Shown here one piece after another: positions 10,089 through 18,660 of a DNA stretch of 64,000 nucleotides. Within the stretch, counting starts at the first letter, position 1. Each line of letters starts with the position of its first letter. The translations under genes were made by a program, and so were the position numbers. Origin of the DNA: an uncultured Sangeribacter sp. (GTDB lineage: Bacteria; Bacteroidota; Bacteroidia; Bacteroidales; Muribaculaceae); NCBI GenBank assembly GCA_964509225.1, contig CAZDWB010000006.1, positions 4,979 to 68,978 on the forward strand, read 5' to 3'. Below the pieces are notes generated by a model, which did not search any database, was not told the DNA's origin, and saw only the letters and a program-made list of their open reading frames with translations.

Positions 10089-10483
10089 GATACGACTTTG
10101 ACTCTTATAACTCCTTATTGTTGGTAGATAGGAATCTGAATAAGGATTTATTCCTGAAGCGTGTAGGAGCGGTCTCCGGTTACGCTGTAAAGCTTTTCTC
10201 GGATATTTATGATGCCATGTTTTCAGAGAGTATTGATTTGGAAAGGGTATACTATGAATACTATAAGGATGAATTCAGTTCCTTTGGGGATTATTTGAAA
10301 GAGGAATTTTCTCTACCTGATTCTATCCACAACAACATTATGAAAGACCTTAAAGAAAATGAACATCTGAAAGTTATCCTTTGGGAACAACTTTCCTATG
10401 GATTTAATGATATTGAATCTTTCATATTCGGTGAAAAAATGAGGGAGACATTTGAAAAAGTTTTAACAGGCAGGGAATCATGA
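10085..10483 (+). CDS. Hypothetical acidic/aromatic protein (~132 aa)
   Basis: ATGA overlap with the upstream STAND stop (10085-10088) and with the downstream start (10480-10483). No recognisable motif. Confidence 0.7.
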   Translation: MRYDFDSYNSLLLVDRNLNKDLFLKRVGAVSGYAVKLFSDIYDAMFSESIDLERVYYEYYKDEFSSFGDYLKEEFSLPDSIHNNIMKDLKENEHLKVILWEQLSYGFNDIESFIFGEKMRETFEKVLTGRES

Positions 10484-10899
10484 AGATTAAAACGGATTTT
10501 GTTACTAATAGTTCCTCTACATGTTATGTCGTCATGACCAAGGGGGAGTTTACACTTGAATCTTTCCTTAAGGCTTCAGGAATAGAGGAAACATCTCCGT
10601 TCCGTACTATGTTCGAAACGCTCTTCAATTCTCTCTCATCTTTTATTTCACCTTTGGAAACAGGTGTTAAAAAACATCGTTGGTATAAGGATAGATGTAC
10701 TTCAACTGAAGAATTTATAAAAGTTTATTTCTCAAATGAAACATGGGAAAGAATTCAAAAAGCCAGAAAAGAGGGGTTTGAAGTGTATATTGGAGAACTC
10801 TCCAGTGAAGAGAACGAAATAGAAACTTTTTTCTGCACTTCATCCTTTGTGATTGAATCGGATTCATTGATTATAGATGCTTCTTGTGATGGATGGTAG
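10480..10899 (+). CDS. Hypothetical protein with N-terminal MKIKTDFVTNSSS motif
   Basis: ORF track; distinctive N-terminal motif; overlaps the radical SAM gene start. Confidence 0.75.
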   Translation: MKIKTDFVTNSSSTCYVVMTKGEFTLESFLKASGIEETSPFRTMFETLFNSLSSFISPLETGVKKHRWYKDRCTSTEEFIKVYFSNETWERIQKARKEGFEVYIGELSSEENEIETFFCTSSFVIESDSLIIDASCDGW

Positions 10900-11932
10900 G
10901 ACTATTTTATTCAATCATACTTCTGAACACTACAGCACTATCTTCAATCAACGTAACGGTTTCTTTGCAAGAGTTGAAGATTATAACCATCCCGAACCAT
11001 CTTGGGCTGCAGACGGTCCTGAACTTTTAGATATTTCCATAACCAATTATTGCACACAAGGTTGCTCTTTCTGCTACCGCAATTCGAATCCGGATGGAGG
11101 GAATATGCCCCTCCATGATATGGAATTTATTTTGGAGCAGTGCATGGGTGACAGCAAAGTATATCAAATAGCATTGGGGGGAGGTAATCCCAATCAGCAT
11201 CCTGAATTCATAAAAATCCTGAAACTGATCCGTGAAGCGGATATAATTCCCACCTTCACATCAAACGGGTTCGGTCTCACTCAAGATATAATAAATGCCA
11301 CAGCAGAATATTGTGGGGCGATTGGAATAAGTGCATATCCTCCCTACGAGATTCTGAGTAAAAGAATCAATTTATTATTTGCGGCAGGAATCAGGGTCAA
11401 TCTCCACATAATTCTTTCAAGGGAAAATTTCAATCAGATAATTTCATGGCTTGAAAATCCACCAGGGTGGTTTAACTCTTTAAATGCAATTATTTTTCTC
11501 AATTATAAACCTATTCGTAAAGAAGAGGGGTATAACAATTTGACTGAAGATGAACTTAAAAAGTTTTTCTCTTTAATTGCAGAATCCGATGTAAAAATCG
11601 GTTTTGACAGTTGCTCAATATCGGGAGTACTAAAATGGCTCGCTACACCTTCATATTTCATTGAATCTTGTGAAGCCGCCAAATTTTCAGCATTTATCTC
11701 GGAGGACTTAAAGATGTATCCCTGTTCGTTCATGATAAACTCGGATTGGTATGGAAATCTACGGGAGATGAGTTTAATGGATATCTGGCATAATTCTCCC
11801 TATTTCCGGGAATTTAGAGATAACAGCCTTCCGGACAATTGCAAAGGGTGTGAAGTAAGGAATGAATGTAAGGGTGGATGTCATTTCATGCCGGAGATTA
11901 ATCTTTGTAAAAAGGGGGAGTCCCGAATTTGA
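10889..11932 (+). CDS. Radical SAM protein with C-terminal SPASM domain
   Basis: CTQGCSFC (CxxxCxxC), IALGGGNP, then CEAAKF...MYPCSF...GNL and CKGCEVRNECKGGC SPASM cysteines. Start 10889 (MDGR) or 10877. Confidence 0.88.
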   Translation: MDGRTILFNHTSEHYSTIFNQRNGFFARVEDYNHPEPSWAADGPELLDISITNYCTQGCSFCYRNSNPDGGNMPLHDMEFILEQCMGDSKVYQIALGGGNPNQHPEFIKILKLIREADIIPTFTSNGFGLTQDIINATAEYCGAIGISAYPPYEILSKRINLLFAAGIRVNLHIILSRENFNQIISWLENPPGWFNSLNAIIFLNYKPIRKEEGYNNLTEDELKKFFSLIAESDVKIGFDSCSISGVLKWLATPSYFIESCEAAKFSAFISEDLKMYPCSFMINSDWYGNLREMSLMDIWHNSPYFREFRDNSLPDNCKGCEVRNECKGGCHFMPEINLCKKGESRI

Positions 11933-11950
11933 ATTAATTCATAAATACCT

Positions 11951-12340
11951 ATGATTATTGATAATAGTTTACTTGATAAGGTTGAGGAGGAAGCGCGACG
12001 TTCTCCGCGGCTTCGAATGAACCGGAATATACATGAGTCGTTCGATGATAGGGTACAACAGATGATCAATGTCCTTATACCGGGAACTCTGATGCCGGTG
12101 CATCGTCATCTCCATTCATCCGAAACATTTATTCTTCTACGGGGAAAGATGTTTGTAATGTATTATGATGAACTTGGAAGGGAAGTGGAGAGGATTCTAC
12201 TTGATCCTCTGGCAGGGAACTATGGAGTAAATATTCCCAAGGGTCAGTGGCATGGAGTGGAAGTGATTGAAACGTCGGCTATTTTAGAGGTTAAAGAGGG
12301 TCCCTATACACCTCTTACTCCGGAAAATATACTTTATTGA
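11951..12340 (+). CDS. WbuC-family cupin-fold metalloprotein (polysaccharide locus)
   Basis: SPRLRMNRNIH, PVHRHLHSSET, IPKGQWHGV and EVKEGPY motifs. Confidence 0.85.
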   Translation: MIIDNSLLDKVEEEARRSPRLRMNRNIHESFDDRVQQMINVLIPGTLMPVHRHLHSSETFILLRGKMFVMYYDELGREVERILLDPLAGNYGVNIPKGQWHGVEVIETSAILEVKEGPYTPLTPENILY

Positions 12341-12341
12341 T

Positions 12342-13580
12342 ATGGAAAGAATTCTTCTTTGCAAACCCAAAATGAGTGGAAAGGAGCTTGATTTTATTAT
12401 TCCTGCTCTTGCTGAAGATTGGGCTGTCCCCTTGGGTCCGGATGTTACTGCGTTTGAAAGGGAACTGGGAAAAGTGGTTGGGTCTGATCACGTGGTTGCT
12501 CTCGAATCGGGAACTTCTGCAATTCATCTTGCGCTGATTTTATGTGGTGTTAAACCGGGCGATGAGGTGATAGTTCAGTCCATGACTTTTTGCGCTTCCA
12601 CAAATCCTGTGGCTTATCTTGGAGCGACACCGGTATTTGTAGATTCTGAAGGGGAGTCCTGGAATATGGATCCTCAACTTCTTGAAACTGCCATTAAGGA
12701 TCGTATCAGGAAAACGGGTAAAAAGCCGAAGGCTATCATCCCTGTGGCTCTATACGGGATGCCATATCAGATTGAACGCATACTGGAAATTGCCAATCGC
12801 TATGATATCCCTGTGATTGAGGATGCTGCTGAGGGATTCTGTTCAAAATATAACGGTAAGATTTTGGGGACATTCGGTCGATTCGGTGTGCTGTCTTTTA
12901 ATGGTAACAAGATGATCACTACTTCGGGAGGTGGCGCACTGATATGTCCGGATAAAGAGACTGCCGAAAAGGCAAAGTGGTATGCTACGCAAGCTCGTGA
13001 AGGGTATCCTTATTATCAACATGAGGAAGTGGGATATAATTATCGCCTGTCTAATATTTCCGCGTGTATAGGGAGGGCACAACTTTTAGTGCTTGAGGAT
13101 TATCTTGCACATCATAAACGGGTTCAGACCCTTTATTGTGAACTGCTTAAGGATGTAGACGGGCTAAAAATGCACAAAAATCCCTCGACTCTCTTTGATT
13201 CCAATTTCTGGCTTTGCACTGCCACACTTGACCCAAACCTTAAAATACGTGGTGAGGAAGATGTTTACAAAAGCGTTATTAAAGGTGCGGTTGGAGGTGC
13301 TACAGGAGTAGTCCATGCCGCGACTTCTGCCAGGACCACATGCCAGCCAAATGATAATGTAGAGGCATTAAGAGTATTTCTCGATAAGGCTAACATTGAG
13401 GCAAGACCTTTATGGAAACCTATGCATCGTCAGCCGGTGTTTGCCGATTGTCCGGCATACGTGAACGGAGTGAGCGAGCAGCTGTTTGAACAGGGGATAT
13501 GCTTGCCTGCCGGTCCGTATGTGACAGACGACCATGTTCACTATATCGTAGCGAACATAAAGAAGGCATTAGCTGAATAA
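12342..13580 (+). CDS. DegT/DnrJ/EryC1/StrS family sugar aminotransferase
   Basis: SGTSAIHLAL, IEDAAEG, SFNGNKMITTSGGGAL (PLP lysine), GYNYRLSN and RPLWKPMH motifs. Confidence 0.92.
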   Translation: MERILLCKPKMSGKELDFIIPALAEDWAVPLGPDVTAFERELGKVVGSDHVVALESGTSAIHLALILCGVKPGDEVIVQSMTFCASTNPVAYLGATPVFVDSEGESWNMDPQLLETAIKDRIRKTGKKPKAIIPVALYGMPYQIERILEIANRYDIPVIEDAAEGFCSKYNGKILGTFGRFGVLSFNGNKMITTSGGGALICPDKETAEKAKWYATQAREGYPYYQHEEVGYNYRLSNISACIGRAQLLVLEDYLAHHKRVQTLYCELLKDVDGLKMHKNPSTLFDSNFWLCTATLDPNLKIRGEEDVYKSVIKGAVGGATGVVHAATSARTTCQPNDNVEALRVFLDKANIEARPLWKPMHRQPVFADCPAYVNGVSEQLFEQGICLPAGPYVTDDHVHYIVANIKKALAE

Positions 13581-13613
13581 GCCTAACCTCCAAAAACTTG
13601 AAAATTTTTAAAA

Positions 13614-15617
13614 TTAACTTTTTATAAGGTCCAGAAATTCCTCCTCGGTCAGAATGGGAATTCCAAGAGACTCGCATTTTTCGCGCTTCGCGGGTCCCAT
13701 ATTCTCACCCGCCAGAACGAAGTCGGTCTTTTTGGAAATACTACCCGAATTCTTACCCCCTTCTCTCTCAATAATCTCTTTATATTCATCTCGCGAGTGA
13801 TGACTGAAAGTGCCGGAAATGACTATGGTTTTTCCGGCTAATTTATTTCCTTTAGGCATCATCTTATCTGCCGACAGCTGCATCTGGACACCGGCAGCTG
13901 TAAGGCGCTCGATATTTTCTACGTTTATAGGCTCACGAAGGAAGTCGAAGATGCATCTGGCGATTATAGGACCTAAATCGGGAATGGCTGTAAGCTCCTC
14001 AACACTCATTTCGCGCATTCGATCCATACTTTGCACTGCATTTGCCAATCTTTTGGCTGTAGTTTCACCTACATTGGGTATGGAAAGCGCATAAACCACC
14101 CTTTCAAAGGGTATTTTTTTTGATTCCTCTATCCCTTTTAAAATTCTTTTGGCTGTTTTTTCTCCTATTCTATCAAGTCCTGAAAGTTTTTCCTCTGTTA
14201 AATCGTAAAGGTCTCCGATACGGCTCACCATTCCACAGGCGAATAGCAATTCTGCGGTTTCCTCTCCGATACCATCTATATTCATCATCCTGCGGGCGCA
14301 AAAATGCTCAATCTTGCCGGTGATTTGTGGACGACAACCGTAATGGTTCGGGCAACACCAGGCTGCTTCTCCAAAGATTCTTTCAAGGGGTGTTCCACAT
14401 TCCGGACATGCAGTGACAAACTGAATCGCACTTGCTTCCGGTTGGCGACGCGAGGTGTCAACTCCGGTAATCTTGGGAATAATTTCCCCTCCTTTTTCCA
14501 CATACAGCCAGTCACCCTCATGAATATCAAGTTCTTTGATGATATCATCATTATGTAGTGATGCCCTTTTAACTATTGTCCCTGAAAGCTGGACCGGTTC
14601 GAGATTTGCTACCGGAGTTACAATCCCCATACGACCGGTTTCAAAAGACACGAAACGCAGACGGGTACATGCATTTTCGGGATTAAATTTAAAAGCGACA
14701 GCCCAACGGGGAGATTTTGCAGTGTATCCCAAATTTAATTGTTGTCGCAGGGAATTTACCTTAAACACCAACCCATCAGTTGCAACAGGCAGATTCTTCC
14801 TTTCTGACTCCCAATACTTTATAAATTCATTAATCTCGGCAAGAGTACTTATCAGCCTCATCTCTTTCGACACCTTGAAACCCCACTGACGCGCTTTCTG
14901 CATATTCTCATAGTGAGAATCTGAGGGTAGTTCATCAGCGAGAAGATAATAAAAACGTGCATCAAGGCGTCGACGGGCCACTTCCCGAGGGTCCTGGGTT
15001 TTCAATGTTCCCGAAGCAGCGTTACGCGGATTGGCGAAGAGGGGTTCTTCATTAAAGGCTCGCTCTGCGTTAAGTTTTTCGAACACTTCCCAGGGCATCA
15101 GGATTTCTCCCCTTATTTCAAACTTATCAGGCCAATCTCCGGGTTGAAGCACCAGTGGGATGCTGCGGATAGTCTTGACATTGGCTGTCACATCATCTCC
15201 CTGTGTTCCATCGCCTCGTGTCACTGCTCTGATTAATCTTCCTTGCTCGTAAGTCAGAGAGATGGAGGTGCCGTCAAATTTCATCTCTCCGCAAACTTCA
15301 AATTTCTCCCCGCTCAATGCCTTATTTACTCTTTCAAACCACTCATCAACTTCTTCGATAGAGTAGGTATTGGAAAGAGACATCATGGGACGGGCATGAA
15401 CAACATGCTCAAAACCCTTACTTAGATCGGAGCCTACCCGTTGAGTCGGTGACAAGGGATCAAACATTTCCGGATGCTCCTTCTCAAGCTCCTCAAGGCG
15501 TTTGAGCATCATATCGAATTCCTTATCCGGTATTTCCGGTGAATTCAACACATAATAATTATGATTATGACGATTCAATTCATCGCGTAAATGTCTGATC
15601 TCTTCTATGTGATTCAT
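13614..15617 (-). CDS. ligA: NAD-dependent DNA ligase
   Basis: EMKFDG adenylation motif, [13 protein letters not shown] zinc finger, HhH repeats and a C-terminal BRCT domain. Confidence 0.97.
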   Translation of the reverse strand: MNHIEEIRHLRDELNRHNHNYYVLNSPEIPDKEFDMMLKRLEELEKEHPEMFDPLSPTQRVGSDLSKGFEHVVHARPMMSLSNTYSIEEVDEWFERVNKALSGEKFEVCGEMKFDGTSISLTYEQGRLIRAVTRGDGTQGDDVTANVKTIRSIPLVLQPGDWPDKFEIRGEILMPWEVFEKLNAERAFNEEPLFANPRNAASGTLKTQDPREVARRRLDARFYYLLADELPSDSHYENMQKARQWGFKVSKEMRLISTLAEINEFIKYWESERKNLPVATDGLVFKVNSLRQQLNLGYTAKSPRWAVAFKFNPENACTRLRFVSFETGRMGIVTPVANLEPVQLSGTIVKRASLHNDDIIKELDIHEGDWLYVEKGGEIIPKITGVDTSRRQPEASAIQFVTACPECGTPLERIFGEAAWCCPNHYGCRPQITGKIEHFCARRMMNIDGIGEETAELLFACGMVSRIGDLYDLTEEKLSGLDRIGEKTAKRILKGIEESKKIPFERVVYALSIPNVGETTAKRLANAVQSMDRMREMSVEELTAIPDLGPIIARCIFDFLREPINVENIERLTAAGVQMQLSADKMMPKGNKLAGKTIVISGTFSHHSRDEYKEIIEREGGKNSGSISKKTDFVLAGENMGPAKREKCESLGIPILTEEEFLDLIKS

Positions 15618-15629
15618 GATACCTCTTTC

Positions 15630-16397
15630 TTAATATTTTACACTCCAAAGATATAACGCCTGTGGGGGTACGGATTGTCCGGCGGAACACCGATTTTTAT
15701 CATCTATGATTCTCCGGAACTCTTCAATTGTGAGTTTTCCACGTCCTACATCGATTAATGTTCCAACTACAGCTCTTACCATATTACGCAGAAAACGGTC
15801 GGCAGTAATGGTGAAGACCAGGAAACGACCTCCCTCTTCTCCCGGGACGGATAGGTTCATATCCTGATATTCCCATACGGCATCTGTTACATTGCAGATA
15901 TTGGTTTTAGTATCTGCATGTAATTTAGCAAAAGATGTGAAGTCTTCAACATTGAGAAGAATCCCGGCTGCCTTATTCATAGCCCCCACATCGAGTCTGG
16001 TATATAATTGCCAGGAGAGGGGATAAAGGAACGGATTCTTTGAAAAGGAAATGAAATATTTGTATGTACGGCTTTTTGCGGAGAAACGCGCATGCCATTC
16101 CGGGTCAACCTCCTCAATAGCATGAACAGCGATATCCTTTCCTACTAAACGGTTAAGGGAAACCAAAATTGATTCAGGGAGAGGTATAGGAGAATCGAAA
16201 TGAGCGTACATCTCCCGTGCGTTCACACCGGTATCTGTGCGTCCGGCACCGGTAATCGGGATGTGTCTGCGTAATATTGTTTGCAACGCATCCTCTATAT
16301 TGCCTTGCACGCTTACTGCATTCGGCTGAATCTGCCATCCATGAAACGGCGCACCATTATATGAAAGATGCATCCTATATCTCCGCAATTCATCCAT
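15630..16397 (-). CDS. truA: tRNA pseudouridine(38-40) synthase
   Basis: YNGAPFHGWQIQP, GAGRTDTGVNA, HARFSAKSRTY and FLRNMVRAVVG motifs. Confidence 0.96.
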   Translation of the reverse strand: MDELRRYRMHLSYNGAPFHGWQIQPNAVSVQGNIEDALQTILRRHIPITGAGRTDTGVNAREMYAHFDSPIPLPESILVSLNRLVGKDIAVHAIEEVDPEWHARFSAKSRTYKYFISFSKNPFLYPLSWQLYTRLDVGAMNKAAGILLNVEDFTSFAKLHADTKTNICNVTDAVWEYQDMNLSVPGEEGGRFLVFTITADRFLRNMVRAVVGTLIDVGRGKLTIEEFRRIIDDKNRCSAGQSVPPQALYLWSVKY

Positions 16398-16400
16398 AAT

Positions 16401-18305
16401 TCAATCCCGCTCAAGATAAGTAATTCCGTACAAGCCTGAACGATAGTTATTTAGGAATTGACGTCCCTCTTCTGCAGTGATTACTCCGCTTTTAAGTGAG
16501 CGTGAAACCCATGCTTCAAGATTACGCACCAGCTTTTTAGGATTATATTCCACATAATCGAGAACATCAGCTACAGGCTCACCATCAATAATCTGCTCTA
16601 TCTCATAACTTTTCTTATCCTTGGAAAGGACAATATGCACAGCATTGGTATCACCAAAGAGATTATGAAGGTCTCCAAGAATCTCCTGATAGGCACCTAC
16701 CAGAAATACTGCGAGGTAATAATGTTCGCCATTCTTCAGTGCATGCACCGGGAGGGAGTTGCTCGTTCCTAAAGGGGATACAAACCTATTGATTTTTCCG
16801 TCAGAGTCGCAAGTCACATCCTGGATGGTGCAATGTCTGGTTGGCTTCTCATCAAGTCGGGAGATTGGTGTAATGGGAAACATCTGGTCAATGGCCCAGG
16901 AATCCGGCAGAGACTGAAACAAGGAGAAGTTACAGAAATATTTCTCCGGCAACATTTTTGAAACCTTGCGAAGTTCTTCCGGTGGATGCTTCATGCTCTG
17001 TGTCAGGGAATGGACATCACGTGCCACAGACCAGAAAAGTTTTTCTATCTGAGCACGGGTTGTAAGGTCGAGCATACCAAGGCTGAAAAGTTCAAGGGCC
17101 TCTTCCCGAATTTGAAGTGCATCGTGCCAATCCTCGAAAACAGTAGCCGGATTTATACGATCCCAAATCTTATATAGCTCTCTTGCGAGTTCATGAGCAT
17201 CATCCCCCAATTCTTCGTTATCACGCCAGATTGGAAGACCGGTTGTCTCCAACACTTCTATCACCAATACTGAATGATGCGCTGTTAGTGAGCGACCGCT
17301 TTCAGTAATAATGTTCGGTTGTGTCAGATTCTTTTTCTGGCATACATCCACCAATGCATATACGGCATCATTTACATATTCCTGTATTGAATAGTTCATG
17401 GAATTTTCACCGTATGCGGAACGTGTACCGTCATAGTCGACACCTAATCCTCCACCTACATCTACAAAATCTATTGCAAAGCCCATTTGCGAGAGTTGAG
17501 CGTAAAATTGCATGGCCTCTCTCAATGCATTCTTGATTCTGCGGATTTTTGTCACCTGGCTCCCTATGTGGAAATGTATAAGACGTAGAGATTCAGTCAT
17601 GTTATGATCCCTCAAGAAATCAAGCGCTGTCAGCAATTCACTTGAATTTAATCCGAATTTGCTGACATCTCCTCCCGATTCCTCCCATTTACCGCTACCT
17701 GAAGATGACAACTTTATCCGAATTCCGATGTTGGGAACGATTTTAAGTCGACGTGACACTTCGGCAATGAGTTTCAACTCATTCAATTTTTCAACAACGA
17801 GGAATATCCTTCGTCCCATCTTATGAGCCAACAGAGCTAACTCTATATAATCTTCATCCTTGTATCCGTTGCAAATGATGAGTGAATTCTCGTATGTATT
17901 GACCGCCAACACTGCGTGCAGCTCAGGTTTTGAGCCGGCTTCCAATCCGATGTTATATTTATTCCCATGACTTACAATTTCCTCAACGACCTGACGCATC
18001 TGGTTTACCTTAATAGGGTAGACCACAAAACTTTGACCAGAATAGTTATACTCTTCCGCTGCCCGTTTGAAACAATTTGACATTTCGCGGATACGGTCGT
18101 CAAGAATATCGGGGAAGCGTAACAAAAGCGGTGCACAGACATCGCGAACCTTAAGTTCATCCATCAACTCTTTAAGGTCGACAGCACAAGCATCCTCACC
18201 CGGGGTCACCTGCATGTGACCCTTATCATTAATTGAAAAATATTTCAGACCCCATCCGGGAACATTATAAAGTTCGGAGGAATCCTCAATACGCCATTTT
18301 CTCAT
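16401..18305 (-). CDS. speA: Biosynthetic arginine decarboxylase
   Basis: MRKWRIEDSSELY, YPIKVNQ (PLP lysine), GLEAGSKPEL, HFHIGSQ and DVTCDSDG motifs. Confidence 0.96.
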   Translation of the reverse strand: MRKWRIEDSSELYNVPGWGLKYFSINDKGHMQVTPGEDACAVDLKELMDELKVRDVCAPLLLRFPDILDDRIREMSNCFKRAAEEYNYSGQSFVVYPIKVNQMRQVVEEIVSHGNKYNIGLEAGSKPELHAVLAVNTYENSLIICNGYKDEDYIELALLAHKMGRRIFLVVEKLNELKLIAEVSRRLKIVPNIGIRIKLSSSGSGKWEESGGDVSKFGLNSSELLTALDFLRDHNMTESLRLIHFHIGSQVTKIRRIKNALREAMQFYAQLSQMGFAIDFVDVGGGLGVDYDGTRSAYGENSMNYSIQEYVNDAVYALVDVCQKKNLTQPNIITESGRSLTAHHSVLVIEVLETTGLPIWRDNEELGDDAHELARELYKIWDRINPATVFEDWHDALQIREEALELFSLGMLDLTTRAQIEKLFWSVARDVHSLTQSMKHPPEELRKVSKMLPEKYFCNFSLFQSLPDSWAIDQMFPITPISRLDEKPTRHCTIQDVTCDSDGKINRFVSPLGTSNSLPVHALKNGEHYYLAVFLVGAYQEILGDLHNLFGDTNAVHIVLSKDKKSYEIEQIIDGEPVADVLDYVEYNPKKLVRNLEAWVSRSLKSGVITAEEGRQFLNNYRSGLYGITYLERD

Positions 18306-18323
18306 TTCCTTATAATTTCTGTT

Positions 18324-18647
18324 CTATTCCTTTCTTCCAAGAATCTCAAATCGCTCTACAAATATTTCTGCAATACGCCGGTTTATATGAAACTTGTCTT
18401 CATATTCCCGGTATTTCAGTTTCCCCTCTGCATACAGTCGGGTTCCCTTTCTAATGTAACGCTCTGCCATAGATGCATTCCTATCGAAACAGATTAGTCG
18501 ATGCCACTCTGTAGTCTCAACTCCGGCTGAGCCTTGACGTTCGCTTGTAGCAAGTGAAAATCTTGCTATAGCTCTATCCTTTTCCGGATATGACAGTTCA
18601 GGATCTTGTCCGACATATCCCAATAATATGACTTTATTAACTGACAT
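18324..18647 (-). CDS. ssb: Single-stranded DNA-binding protein (short, no acidic tail)
   Basis: SVNKVILLGYVGQDPE, FSLATSE, TEWH and KGTRLYAEGKL OB-fold motifs; ends ILGRKE. Confidence 0.88.
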   Translation of the reverse strand: MSVNKVILLGYVGQDPELSYPEKDRAIARFSLATSERQGSAGVETTEWHRLICFDRNASMAERYIRKGTRLYAEGKLKYREYEDKFHINRRIAEIFVERFEILGRKE

Positions 18648-18660
18648 TTTTTCTTTTTAA

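Noticed and set aside
10889-11932. Radical SAM enzyme as a prokaryotic viperin, given the defence context
   Set aside because: It has a full C-terminal SPASM cysteine set and lacks the viperin-type CNYxCxFC context; it looks like a peptide/protein-modifying subfamily.
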